A DNA stretch of 63,347 nucleotides. It comes from Oculina patagonica (lineage: Eukaryota). The stretch is taken from the NCBI RefSeq assembly GCF_052425735.1, contig NC_135767.1, positions 22,196,001 to 22,259,347 on the forward strand. The letters are read 5' to 3'. Under the pieces are notes generated by a model. That model saw only the letters and a program-made list of their open reading frames with translations. It searched no databases and had not been told where the DNA came from. The translations under genes and the position numbers were made by a program. Below, in pieces: positions 48,956 to 61,401 of the stretch. The first letter of the stretch is position 1; each line of letters begins with the position of its first letter.

Positions 48956-50398
48956 TTGTCATAGTATTGTAGCGCTAACAAATCTCAGCAGCCTCGCATA
49001 ACTCCCTTCCCCAATCCCTTAAAACTAAACGGTTCCCCAATTTTCATTAGCGCCACCAGCAAATGGTTTTTCGTGTTCTAAAAACAAAATGAATGTACGC
49101 TTGAGGTCTAGAAAAGCTGCTAGTGGTATGCTGTCAGCTGCTGTTCTAGTCCTCAAAAGTGTAAAATAAAACGTTTCCGCATTCAAATTTTAACTTCAGT
49201 CGACATTTGGATGGGGAAACGTTTCGCAGTACTTAGGGAGGCTGACAACGGTCTGCAACGCAGGCTACCGGACTTCTAGGACACACCCCGCCCCTCCCCC
49301 CCCCCCCCCGCCCCCCTTCTAGCTGTTTCTTCTTTTGTGATCGCTGGCCAGTGCCGGGTCAAAAATCTCTGACCAAAACAATTTCGCGAGTTGCCGTTTT
49401 CCTGGCTCAAAAGATCAGATTTGCGTTTTTATTCATGGCAATGAAGATCTTTTATTGCGAAAGATCTGTGAAACCGCGGTGTAGGAATTGTTATGTCAAT
49501 GAAAGAATAAAAAAAAACATTCTCTTCTCTGATTGCTCTTATTCTACATCTTGGCTTGAACAGTTAACTAAGTGTTGTAAATACTGCTTCTGAGAGCAAG
49601 TAATAACGATCTTTTTTTATGGCGGGATTTCTTGGCTGCATGTAACTCCACAGTGCGAGGTCGCCATTTGAAATCTCATAGCTCTTACTTAATGGGCTCG
49701 AAAGTTACCATTTGATACTTATTTCTACCAGTTAATATTACTTTAAGCCGCCAATACCCATTTTGTAAATTCAATTAAAAGTGCGAGAAAGGTTGCTAAT
49801 GGAAAAGGGGATATTCGCCACGTCCGTGCATGCAGGCGTGCATCCCCATGGCGCATCGAGAAGGCGTCAAGCGATGGAATTAACAAAGAGCTGCTGATTG
49901 ATATTGTACTTTGATAAACTCCCATTACAATATTATCGAGCGAAATTTAATGGAAAAAAGATAAGTCGCACGGGAAGTCCCGTGAGCTTATCTTGGAAAT
50001 TTAACAACCAAAATGCAAACGGGGAACAGGTATGTAGAGATATATGATGAGGTCACAGTGACTGCAGTTAATCAGTCGCCACTCTGAGCACAATAATGGT
50101 ATGTGACGTTTCTGCGATGAACAGTCACTAATTTAGCCTGCGATGAAATAAAAAAGCAACAGATTTTTTTTTTTAAATTCGAAAGAAAAATCGACCCTTT
50201 TCCTTTACAGTGCTAGTAGAATAAAATCTCTACAAACTCAAATGAGAAATAAACACAACAACAACAAAACTAACAACATCAACGACAACAACAACAACTT
50301 TATTAACCCTTTGTTACCCTGTGGTAACTTAACAGATAGCCAGACTTTCATGAAAGTATAGAGAAAAAGATTGAAACGATGTATTCTTTTTTTGCACT

Positions 50399-53300
50399 TT
50401 AAGCACTGATATAGAGGACTAAAGCTGACAAAATGACTCCAAAGCTTGCAGCCAATCCCAATCCTGCACTCGTGGGTGGAGGAAGTGTCACTTGTTTGGT
50501 TGAATTAAAAGGTGCATTGCACAGGTCTCCTTGACAACATGCAAGCGAACAGTCAGTCAACATGCCAGTGATGTTCGTTAAAGTGCAGGCTGTAAAATGA
50601 TGAACAACGGGATGTCAAAATTGTGCTACATATATTTTTCGTTCCCGACTGGTTAATTTCTTGGCATTTATGGTAACATAAAAGACAAGGCAAGGTAAAA
50701 TTCCAAATTCTACCTAAGGAATTGAAGGACTTAGTAGATTGTCGTTGCTTAACTATTCAAGTAAAATGAAAAAAAAAATGGGGATTTTAGCTCAGATGCT
50801 TACCGTAATGATTCGATTAAGCGCCCTCCTTCCAATAAGCACCCCCTTCCGAATAAGCGCCCCCCCCCCCCCCCTTCGAATGTGTTTTTGTCAATAAGCG
50901 CCTCTATTCCAATAAGCGCCCTCATTCTAATAAACGCCCCCATTCTTATAAACTCATAAACATTCACGGTACCGTACATGTATATATTTACTGCTAAAAT
51001 GAACAATTCTTTTAAAAGTAACTGAACTTTCAACAATTTGTTACTGTTACAGTTTCTGTTGATGTTAGTTATTTTAATATCTATAAAAGTTTTGTTTTGA
51101 ACATTTGGTTGTTTCTCAAAAAATTAAAGAGCGCCCTGTCCCCAATAAGCGCCCTGTCTCGAATAAGCGCCCTCCCGGGCGCTAAATCGAATCATTACGG
51201 TAGTTGTTGAAATGACTGCTGTGCTATTTCTGTTAAAAATCCCTAAACACTCTCTTTTTATAGAAAAAACGCCATCATATACATGATGCTATGGACAATT
51301 AAAGACGGCCCCACAATACCACTGATGCTTCTGTAGCCTCAAATCTATTGCATTACTGTACCATATATAAGTTATAATGAAAGGAGCAACAAACACATTC
51401 CTTGCCAAAATATTATTCTCGCACTTACTGTAGTAGTCGCTTTTCGGGTCACAAGCGAGACTGTTGGAACAGTTCCTTTGCTCGATCGATACGGAGTTAT
51501 TTTGTCCAAGTGACATGGTGTATTTTATTGTCATGCATCTATCATACACCTGGAGGCATTTGATCTTTCCCACTCTGGGATCACTGCACTTGGTTCCTGC
51601 TCCGGGTTGGTTGGTGCACTCATAGCAGTCAATACCAAAAGCTGTCAAACAGAACGAAATATCTGAGTATACTGTTACATGTACGGTCTGATTTTCCTTT
51701 TAAAGAAAAGCAACTGAAATATATGTCTAAAGAAGGGTGTGCAGGGGTAAAATGGGAACTGGGATTTAGGCAAAGACTGTCCCTAAAATACTCGGCAGGT
51801 TTTCATATTTGGAGCAACTTTTTTCCGTTCTAGCAACTAGACCGAAGTTTCTAGCAACTAGACCGAAGTTTCCCGAAGATTCTCCGATTTCTGTTCGATG
51901 TCCATACGAACGATTCCGATCGTTATTCGAACTTGTCCGAAGATAACGAAGTTTCCCGAAGACTTCCAAGGAGATTCGAAGATAAGGTTTCCGTCTCACT
52001 CACGAGACGGAAGATCTTGACAAACCAACTTTACGCTGCGCTCGCGATATTTTTTGCTCCAAAATGTGTGTGTGTGTGTGGGGGGGGGGGGGTAATTTTC
52101 GTTTGTTTTCGGGGGGGGGGGGGGTGGGGGCTACAGTCCCCTGCCCCCTGCACCGCCGCCTATGCGAAAACAACTCAAGGTTGGATTGATTTATAAAATG
52201 GCACTCGAACGAAACATGTAGAATAAACACTATCTTGTTTTCTTATGTGGCTATTTTTTGCGTGTGCATCCATTTTCCTGTCGACTTTTCATCCCACAAA
52301 AGTCTCTGTTGTTGTAGCCTTTTCAAGATATTTTTGCCGGCTTCGCAGTTCTTACCAGAGTGAACGGAGTACGAGGTAAATCGTCCCTTTTATTTTTATG
52401 CTGGGAATTGAACTTAAGATAATAAAATCATTTTGGTGGTCAAACTGACTATAGGATGTAAAAAGAAATGATTGATTTTTGCTGACAGAAAGGAAGCAGG
52501 CAGACATGTGCACAACATTTCCTTTTCAGGTTAAGCATATCGAAGCATATCTTTCTCGATAAATAAAGCAACATAATTTACATTTATTTTGAAGGCAGGC
52601 AAATAAACCTAAAGTATCATTTGATTGTTTTGTCCATTTCAACTTAATTACCAGACGGCATCAAACGTAGAGCCAGGACAAGTGACAAGAAGAAAATGTA
52701 AAGTTCGCACGGTTTGTGAACTCGGGGAGCAGATGTACAACATTCTGATCATTCTATGGTGCTACCCAATATATATTGCATGCTGGTTTTCACTGTCACG
52801 CAATCAAAAAATAAATTCGAAACCCTTCAACTACAGAAGCTATGAATTTCAAATATTATAGATGATAAATAGATAAACAATTTCTGCAAGCTTCGGGTCT
52901 GTGCGGTGTATCGTTCGCGAGTTATTTTCCGAACCTTTCCACGCCATAAGGGACACAGTGGGAGTTATAGCTAGTTATGGCCGCCGTGATGTCAGAGAAA
53001 CCATCTGGAACTCAATTCTGTTTACAACAGCGGCTGTCCTTGGCTTAAGAGGTAGTACACTTTCACATAAACACCACTTATTATATCTGAAATTTTCTAT
53101 CTGCACAAAATGGAAAGGAAAGGCCTTTTTTCAAACAAAACAGGTTTGTCACGGCAATCAGCTTACATACGACGGAGAACTCAAATGTTCAAAATGCTCT
53201 GTTTTAAAAACTAATGACGCGATCGATCTGGAAATTTGCAAAAATATATATTTTTAGTTTATCTTTCGCCTAATGACAACGAAAATTTAGCAGGCCTAGT

Positions 53301-55442
53301 GAATTTTGATTTCAGAATTTTATGACGTAACATGAAAACCAAGAATAGGTCATACAGACTGGGTGTCATAATGTTATGATTAAAATCATATGTCGTATTT
53401 ATATAAAGTGGCTTATTCGAATCAAATATGTAAATAACATTTTGAAGTCTAGCAAAATGTGCGATCATGAACGCGTAAAATAGTCTGTGATACAAATTTA
53501 GCTGTTATTCTACACTTAAGTTGTATCCTCTAGTGCCACGCTACAGTTTACTGACGCCTTCATAAAAAGGGAGGACTTGAATTAAAAGAGGATTATACCA
53601 GGCGTAGTCAATCGATAGAAATCGATATCGGAAATCAATCGATACAATCGATATCACTCGATATCAATCACTGATTGATATCGATTGATATCGGTAAGTG
53701 ATTGATATCGAGTGATATCGGTATTCGATAACAATCGAACTCACAAAAAATTTCTTTATCGATTGTTATCGATTGATAAAATCGATAACAATCGATAGCA
53801 ATCGACAGCAATCGATAAAATCACTAAACCCAAAAAGTCCCTTAAGAAATATTCGTCTCAAATATGTTACATGCCGTTACTACCTAGTAAAAGTAAACGA
53901 TACGAGATTAGCGTTTAAGTGATAAACATTTTATTATTCAGATTATTTGGAGTATCTAGTCCTGCCGGAGTCTGTGCAGAAAATTATGTTTACCATCAGG
54001 TGATCCTCTTGGTCAGTTTGTGTTTCTAAAATATTTTAACTTGTCCAGCCATCCCAGCGCTCTCAATTGCATCTTGGATCTCCTTCATAGCGTTCTCGCG
54101 TAGATGAAATCCAACATGATCCTACTACTGGATTACTTTTTATTTCTTGCTTACTCTGCGATTTATTACGATTACCGGTACGCTTCTTTCTTAATGCAAT
54201 TAACTGAAATCATAAAAACACTGATTCTTTTGTTTATTTTGCTTCATATTTATGGCGTTGCTATAGCGAGACTAGAGGGTTGCACACCGCTACTTCGGCC
54301 GCAGCACCTTGTTCTTCTTTGAACCGCGCTGATAAAGCTGTTATGTTACTGTTACTGTTCTTGTTATTTTAGTATCAGCTTGTTGGTATTTGCAGTCGCA
54401 TATCCACGATTAAATGACCCAATAAAACTATAAAAACAACATCCTGTCAATGTTTATCTTGTAGAGATTGTCAAAAATAGTTTCCGATAAAAATCGATGA
54501 CAATCGATAACAATCGATAAAACAATCCTTATCGATTTCCGATGGAAATCGATATCAATCGAACTCACAACTTTTTTTCTTTATCGATTCCTATCGAGTG
54601 GTATCGGAAATCGATATCAATCTTCGATTGATATCGATTGCTGTTGATAGTTATCGATTATCGGTTTATCGATTGACTACGCCTGGATTATATTATAATT
54701 CAACCGCAGCTGAAGTCAAGCAAAATTTTAGCGCGCTCTCCGTTAGTCAGTAGCGACTAACCATACTTAGAAACTAACTTTAAATCTTGTGAAGTGTAGA
54801 AATGTCATAGAAAATTAAAACTCTAGGTCCGAAATCTCCAATAAGATAGCTCAAAAGACGAACTCAGAAATTGCATACTGTGACAAAATCAGTCAGCTGT
54901 GACAGCAGAAGGACTTAAATTGTTCCTGTTGATTGCACTGATCGAAAAATCAGGACCGGTTTTCTTTGACGCACAGCTATCTACAGGGGAAAATCGGAAA
55001 CTTTTAATGGTTGCCTTTAACTTTCAAAAGGCTTTTAAATTGATTCACCCGTATGGAAAATCGACTAGTATAAAAATACAAGTAATTATTAATGCGAACC
55101 GCCAGACTTACCTGACCATTAAACGCCCAAGTGCTTTCGCTTGTTGTGATTTTAATTTGTTTCGTTTCGCTCGCTTCGGTTTTTACCGCAATTTCGTTTC
55201 GTGTTTCGCTCGTTTCGGTGGTTTCGTTTCGTTTTTTTCGGGTTTCAGTACATGCGGCGTTCGACCACGTGTAAAAAGTGTTCTCTCGCGAACATTCATT
55301 GACTTTAGAATATTCTTCTAGAACGATTCATGCAAGAAATGCAAATATTTTATGGCACATTCAGTCAAAACGAGTTGAACTTACCAGTCGGCATTATACA
55401 TAGAGCCAGTAGAGCGACAAGAAGGAAAGGTAAAGTTTCCAT
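50399..55442 (-). CDS. Stand-alone GPI-anchored Ly6/uPAR (quiver/sleepless-like) protein; exons 55442-55385, 51641-51429, 50589-50399
   Basis: METLPFLLVALLALCIMPT|AFGIDCYECTNQPGAGTKCSD..RNCSNSLACDPKSDYY|[48 protein letters not shown]; phase-1 introns; minus-strand AATAAA at 50299-50304. Confidence 0.88.
50803..51200. mobile_element. Tc1/mariner-type MITE in Ly6 intron 2
   Basis: TA|CCGTAATGATTCGATT ... AATCGAATCATTACGG|TA; AATAAGCGCC repeats. Confidence 0.8.
53599..54685. mobile_element. hAT-like non-autonomous element in Ly6 intron 1
   Basis: CAGGCGTAGTCAATCGATA TIRs; 8-bp TSD GATTATAC/GATTATAT; ATCGAT-rich subterminal regions. Confidence 0.8.
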
Positions 55443-56476
55443 GATTCGTGAACTTGAGGATCAGTGAACTGAACTCTCTACGCTGCCGTATGCACTATGC
55501 AATCCAGAAAAACTGAACAATGGGCGCGTCATGGCGGCCAGGTGTGTTTTTGTCATTGCGTATTTTAATGTAATTGACAGCTTCCCGTCTAGCAGTGGTT
55601 AGCCCTATCCCTTACCATCCTCCCATCCACGGAAAATCTTACACAGAATCGCACAAATCATGTCCTGGATGCAGGGGCAGAAGTTGAAGCGAAGGGTCAT
55701 ACGATCTCATACACATATATGGGTAGAAGCCCTGTAATGGATAATTTTTACTGAGCTTCACTGTCAAATTATAATACTGTGGTAGTTTTGTTTTTATCAT
55801 CTTGAAAAATGAAATGGAAAGATATAGTATAACGCTGACTGGTAAAAATAAAATAAAAAATGCTAGATCGAGGGGGGACACTGCTAAAGCGCCTCCCGTT
55901 TATGGCGAAATCGATTCGTTAAGCGTTTTTGGAGGTTTACACTTGACTGTATAAACAACACTCTGTCGTCACAGCTTATTTTGTCACAGTACATTGTACG
56001 CTTTGTGATAAGAAAGACTCAGAGTTTTTTTTTTAGTTCACTACCGGATATTTACTTTTATAGACTTCAAGGATGTAAAGCTCAGGTTTGGTTTTATAGC
56101 TTCTTATTATTTTAGTCCCTACTAACAAGAACGCGCTAGATTTTAACACTTCGCCAATTGCGTGATATCAGCTATCCATGTAGCCTTGAATATTCATAAT
56201 CTTCTGAATCTTTGCCGCGCCTGTCACACACAGGAGCAATGAACTTCAAGGCTTTTAGCGGCTAAATCTTGAGAATTGGCCATTTTTCATGGGACATAAT
56301 ATTTTACGTGTTCATCGTGTATTTTACCAAACTCAATAATGTTAGATTTGGTTACACATGGGATTTTATACCCAGTGTTGTTTACGATTCTATGCGTCCA
56401 CGCGTCAGACAATTATCATAACACTTATAATATCATATGACACAATGAGTTATAAATATCATAACCACGCCCAGTC

Positions 56477-56483
56477 TATAAAT
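56477..56483 (+). promoter_or_regulatory. TATA box upstream of orphan exon
   Basis: CCCAGTCTATAAAT about 65 bp before the ATG; context conserved at 58870-58883. Confidence 0.5.
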
Positions 56484-56545
56484 TAGATCGCTCGCACCAT
56501 AAGTAGGTCATATTGCTTTTGTTCTGTTCCTCGAGTCGAAGAAAC

Positions 56546-56603
56546 ATGGAAACTTTTTGTTCCCATTTTCTCGTCCTCCTGGCTTTGTGCATCTTGCCGT
56601 CTG
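56546..56603 (+). other. Orphan Ly6-type signal-peptide first exon (METFCSHFLVLLALCILPS|gtaagt)
   Basis: 58 bp, same length and phase as the Ly6 exon 1 at 55442-55385; no intact downstream LU exon seen. Confidence 0.65.
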
Positions 56604-58949
56604 GTAAGTTTACCCCGTAATATTTTGCATTTGCTAATATTTGCTGTTCAACTGCATGTCTATCGCGGTAAACCATATTTGTCGAAAGTGCGCTACTATA
56701 AAATTCACACTTGTCCTGCTGCAGTTCTTTAGTAGCGTATTTACGTCCAATTCAGGAGATCAGTTAATTTATGGTCGATTCAGCTGAACTAGCTGAAGAA
56801 GGTTGTAAACGAAATCGTTTTTATAATTATTTTTTCGGCTTTGTTTTTTTCATGATATAAATCGGGAAGAAGCAACTTACCTCGTTAGTTGACTAAGTAT
56901 TGAGAACTTGAAAATTCATAGTGTTTGAACGTGCTTGTATTTTTTTTCTGCAGTACTTTCTATCGGAATGCTGTTTTTAACTAGATCATTCAGTATTCAT
57001 CTTTGCATTTAATGGTCGGTCCAGCTTCCGAGTTCACAAACGAAGGGGTTTTATTATCACTTCATCAGTTGTGTTTTGATATTTATAATAGTAAGTACTG
57101 AGAGTTGTACAACCAGTCCCTCTTGTAGACCATACTGAGATCAACAAGTTTGGTTAATGAAATGTAAAGGGGAATTGTGTGCATCCATATAAGAAGGCAA
57201 AATGGGAAAACGATAGCATACTAAGAATCATGGTAGACTTATGTTAACAAATGCTACGAGTACATACTTCATTCGATTCAAGTTGGTTTATGTTTGAATA
57301 TTTATTCGTAATCAAGCGTTATTTAGACTGACTGCAAACACGACAATGCCAGGATCCCACTTAAATCTAAACCCGGAAAATATGCCGTGTAGTTATTTCT
57401 GTGAAAAAAATTCGAGGAGAAGTATATTCTTAACTTGATAAACAACGAAGAGGTCTTAAAACAGAAACAAATCCTTTTTACTATAACAGTTCAGCATTTT
57501 TCGATCAGTTACAGAAAGATCTATTATCCCTACTAGCTAACTGAGCTCAGCTCAGCCACAGCCAACTCTGTTTCTTTCCTTGTAGCTAAAATCGGACAGG
57601 CTGTGACTTTGGCGTTGCAATGATCCCAGTCCTTTGAAAAGGTCATAGGACCCTATCAAAACAAACCCTGATCGGGAATTTGTATCTTATGACGAGAAAG
57701 CCATACCTACAGAAATGTCACTGCATACACTGTATATAAACTAATTAAGAAGAAGCAATGAAAGTCAATATTGAGTACATTTCAAAAGCAAATATATTGC
57801 AATTAATGTCAGATTACGACAGCTAAATTCATCGCTACAAAAGGAGCTAAAAGGGAATTCTCGAGGAAAAAGATTACATCAGGATTTTAAGTAAAGACAT
57901 AGTTTACAATGCAATTTCTTTTGATATCCTCAAGTCCCTAAGGTACACACAAAACATCTTTTAGAAAGGGCAACACAGACACTGCTTGGTAAAATTAAAT
58001 TTGAAAAGAATTATATAATGCATCCTCGGAGACCCAACCGGGCAGAAATCGTAGCGACGAAAGTTTTCTTGATGATGATGCATTTGTTAACTTCTGTTTT
58101 TATAAATTTACTGAAGGAAAAAAACTTAGACTTTTACTGGCTTTTCATCAGTAATGAGACATGACACAGTGAAGGAATGAAATGGAAAACTGATATTAGG
58201 TGTTTCTGTAGTTTTTGTACAAAATTTCTCTCAATTTGTAAGGAGAACAACATTAACAGATAATTTTATTATTTATTATGAAGTTTTACATATTTATATT
58301 TAAAACAAAGAAGAAATTGTATTTTTATGATCTTCTATGGCACTGGACCAGAAAAGATGGCAGTCAATGTATACTGCAATCAAAATGCTTCGATCAGGTC
58401 AAACTTTCATTCGAGTGCCACTATAATTCCGTGTCTTTTTTCTGTGACATTTTCACTTTCCACAAAAGTTGGAATGTTAAGTGATAAACAAGTTGAATCT
58501 AGCTCAGTTAAGATAATTATTACTAGACGAAAAAAAAAACAATTGTGTGTTTATTTATTCTTTTGGACTGATTATAGACTCGCAATTATTTTACTGTATT
58601 TGTTAATGTATATTTTCCCAATAAAAGTCTCGTGTATGATTTTGAAGATGACAAAACCTAAGCTACCATAATAATGGATTTTATTCAACTGAGAAAAAGT
58701 CAAAAAATGTCTCAACCCTCCCCCAGTCCCCCTCACCTTTCCTTCCTTCTTAAGACGACCCAAGCACCAGTGTTGCTGACTAATGCTGGTTCCACCCACT
58801 GCACGAGGCAGTTGTCAGCTGTCATTGCATCAATCACACACACAATGAATTAAAAATAGCATAACCGCACCCAGTCTATATATTAGATTGCTTGCAGCAC
58901 AGCTAGTTCAAAGTCGTGTTCCAGCTCTGTTCCTTCAAGTTGACGAATC

Positions 58950-59007
58950 ATGGAAGCTTTACCTTTCCTTCTTGTCGCTTCTCTGGCCCTGTATATGATG
59001 CCATCTG
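58950..59007 (+). other. Second orphan Ly6-type signal-peptide exon (MEALPFLLVASLALYMMPS|gtaagt)
   Basis: 58 bp and near-identical to Ly6 exon 1; TATATAT at 58877-58883. Confidence 0.7.
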
Positions 59008-59527
59008 GTAAGTTCACTCCGTTGTATTTGAATTTGCTTGATAACTCTCCCCTTGCGTGAATCGTGGCTAACTACTTTCAAAGTCCGTAAAGTACGCGAG
59101 GCAAACTTCACGGCACTCCCACAAGGTCGACAAAGCCACCGTCTTGTGGTTAGTTTGGAAATCAAATGGTCTGGACGATAATTATTTAACTCAGTTCCTT
59201 TGCTCTTAACTGGCTTTTAATAACCCATTTTGAACTAAATTAAAAATGTAATTTTGGTTCACTGTTTCTCAAGAAACAGAAATTCACTGCGCGTTTCTAC
59301 GATTGAGTTTCACAAGTCCTCAAATTTTGATTCGACATTTTCTAACGAAATGATTCATAATCTTTGTTTCTTAATAATTATTCGTAAATCGAAAGTCAAT
59401 TGGACTTGTGCCCCAGCTTCGGTAAGAAGTGAGAGGGTCGCCAGACTTTACACCCAGTACTTCAGCTGCAGTACAAAATTAGAAAGCTTCTAGTGTGCGA
59501 CAAATCGACACCGTTGCCGAATATATC

Positions 59528-59680
59528 ATGGAAACCTTACAACTATCTTTCCTTTTTGTCGCTTTTCTGGTTCTGTCAGTAAAATGCATTACATCCGTCT
59601 TATTTGAATTTGCTAGGTACCTGTTTATCTTGTGCGATTCGCGTGGTCTACTATGGATAAACTTACACGAGGCAGCATAT
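59528..59680 (+). pseudogene. Decayed third copy of the Ly6 signal exon plus intron start
   Basis: ATGGAAACCTTA..TTTCCTTTTTGTCGCTTTTCTGG; donor lost; downstream tatttgaatttgct matches about 59025-59038. Confidence 0.5.
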
Positions 59681-60016
59681 TGCAAGAAACAAAAAACCTC
59701 CTGTAGCTAACATTCCTGTAAACAGGAACCTCGTGAAACTCACACGTACTTGGGCGATTGTGTTTGCTGTCTGCTGCAACTTTTTGCCGCTATCTTTATT
59801 TCATTAGTTTTATATTTGATTTTTCCACCGAAGTTTTCCAACGAAGTGGTTTTATAATCGTTGTTTCGCGACGCTGTTTTCTCAATAAACGAATCGAAAA
59901 GCAATATTGCCTCGTGCCTTGTAGTGCACAGAAGGCACCAAAACGGCCATGGAATTAGACAATTCTCTGTGATGAAAACCGCTGTAAAGTTAATCGGCAG
60001 GAAAATATATAAGGTA

Positions 60017-60510
60017 CAGTCCGACCTCTATTGAGCGGCCAATTTCCAAAGTCCCGATTTATTTGTCAGTAAACTGCTGTATTTGATACCTCTATTCAAC
60101 GACCACCTATATTAAGCGGCCGCGGCCACCTTTTTTGCTGTCGCAAGTGTAATATTTATATGTTTTTTACCTCCATTAAGCGGCCAGCAAATTAACTTTC
60201 CAAGCGAAATGGGGACAAATAAATAAATTATCAACCCGAAGAAATACTGTACATTTCAACTACGTGCCCTCTGTGTTATAGCTAAAACTATGCATGGGCT
60301 GGAAATGCACTTGATGTTTTGTTTCAATGAATTTTGGATTTATCTTCATATATGTTTACTTTTTAAAAGCAATTGGTCTAGAAAGTCAAAAAAATCGTGT
60401 TTACTGCAATTCCTATCCAATTTATATTGTACCTCTATTAAGCGGCCAACCTCTATTAAGCGACCACTTTTCAAAGTCCCGAGGGTGACCGCTTAATAGA
60501 GGTTGGACTG
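60017..60510. mobile_element. pogo/Tigger-like MITE
   Basis: TA|CAGTCC(G/A)ACCTCTATT(G/A)AGCGG ... |TA. Confidence 0.8.
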
Positions 60511-60901
60511 TATCTAAAAAAGAAGGAAAAGGGAAAAATACTTATAGAAGTTAAAATTCCTGACGAGTAAACAAGCTTTTCTCTGTGCTCCACATATTTT
60601 ATTCGACTCGTACCTAGTGCAAAAGTGCAATTCCAAGACTAGCAAATCTCATTAAACAATCAATCTGTTTTGTGCTGATCGAGTATAACATTTAAAAACA
60701 TTAAGGCTAGCTAGTCTTGTTAATTCAGGGCAGAATTTTGAAACGGGAACAAATATCTTTTTGCTGAGTCACAGTTATTTCCTGTTCAGTCAATATTTTG
60801 TTCCGTTCAGTTGTGAATGAAATCCATCCTTGGAGGTTTACACTGATAGTATCCTTGAAAGGGCGCCAGGTCAAGATATTTTAGGTAATTCTATATATTT
60901 T

Positions 60902-61401
60902 NNNNNNNNNNNNNNNNNNNNNNNNNNNNNNNNNNNNNNNNNNNNNNNNNNNNNNNNNNNNNNNNNNNNNNNNNNNNNNNNNNNNNNNNNNNNNNNNNNN
61001 NNNNNNNNNNNNNNNNNNNNNNNNNNNNNNNNNNNNNNNNNNNNNNNNNNNNNNNNNNNNNNNNNNNNNNNNNNNNNNNNNNNNNNNNNNNNNNNNNNNN
61101 NNNNNNNNNNNNNNNNNNNNNNNNNNNNNNNNNNNNNNNNNNNNNNNNNNNNNNNNNNNNNNNNNNNNNNNNNNNNNNNNNNNNNNNNNNNNNNNNNNNN
61201 NNNNNNNNNNNNNNNNNNNNNNNNNNNNNNNNNNNNNNNNNNNNNNNNNNNNNNNNNNNNNNNNNNNNNNNNNNNNNNNNNNNNNNNNNNNNNNNNNNNN
61301 NNNNNNNNNNNNNNNNNNNNNNNNNNNNNNNNNNNNNNNNNNNNNNNNNNNNNNNNNNNNNNNNNNNNNNNNNNNNNNNNNNNNNNNNNNNNNNNNNNNN
61401 N
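60902..61401. other. Assembly gap (N run) truncating gene C exon
   Basis: 500 N; the round number suggests the true size is unknown. Confidence 1.

Noticed and set aside
54899-55321. 140-aa ORF in Ly6 intron 1
   Set aside because: Built on low-complexity TTTCG repeats; no domain signal.
56788-56822. CTGAAGA..GAAA hammerhead-like string
   Set aside because: No stem I complementarity.
56954-57010. Possible decayed LU exon (VLSI-ECCF) after orphan signal exon 1
   Set aside because: Needs a frameshift, stops immediately and lacks the cysteine pattern; too weak to call.
55500-60860. Search for gene C lectin or transmembrane exons
   Set aside because: I found no minus-strand homologs of gene B exons 11-13; they are in the gap or lost.
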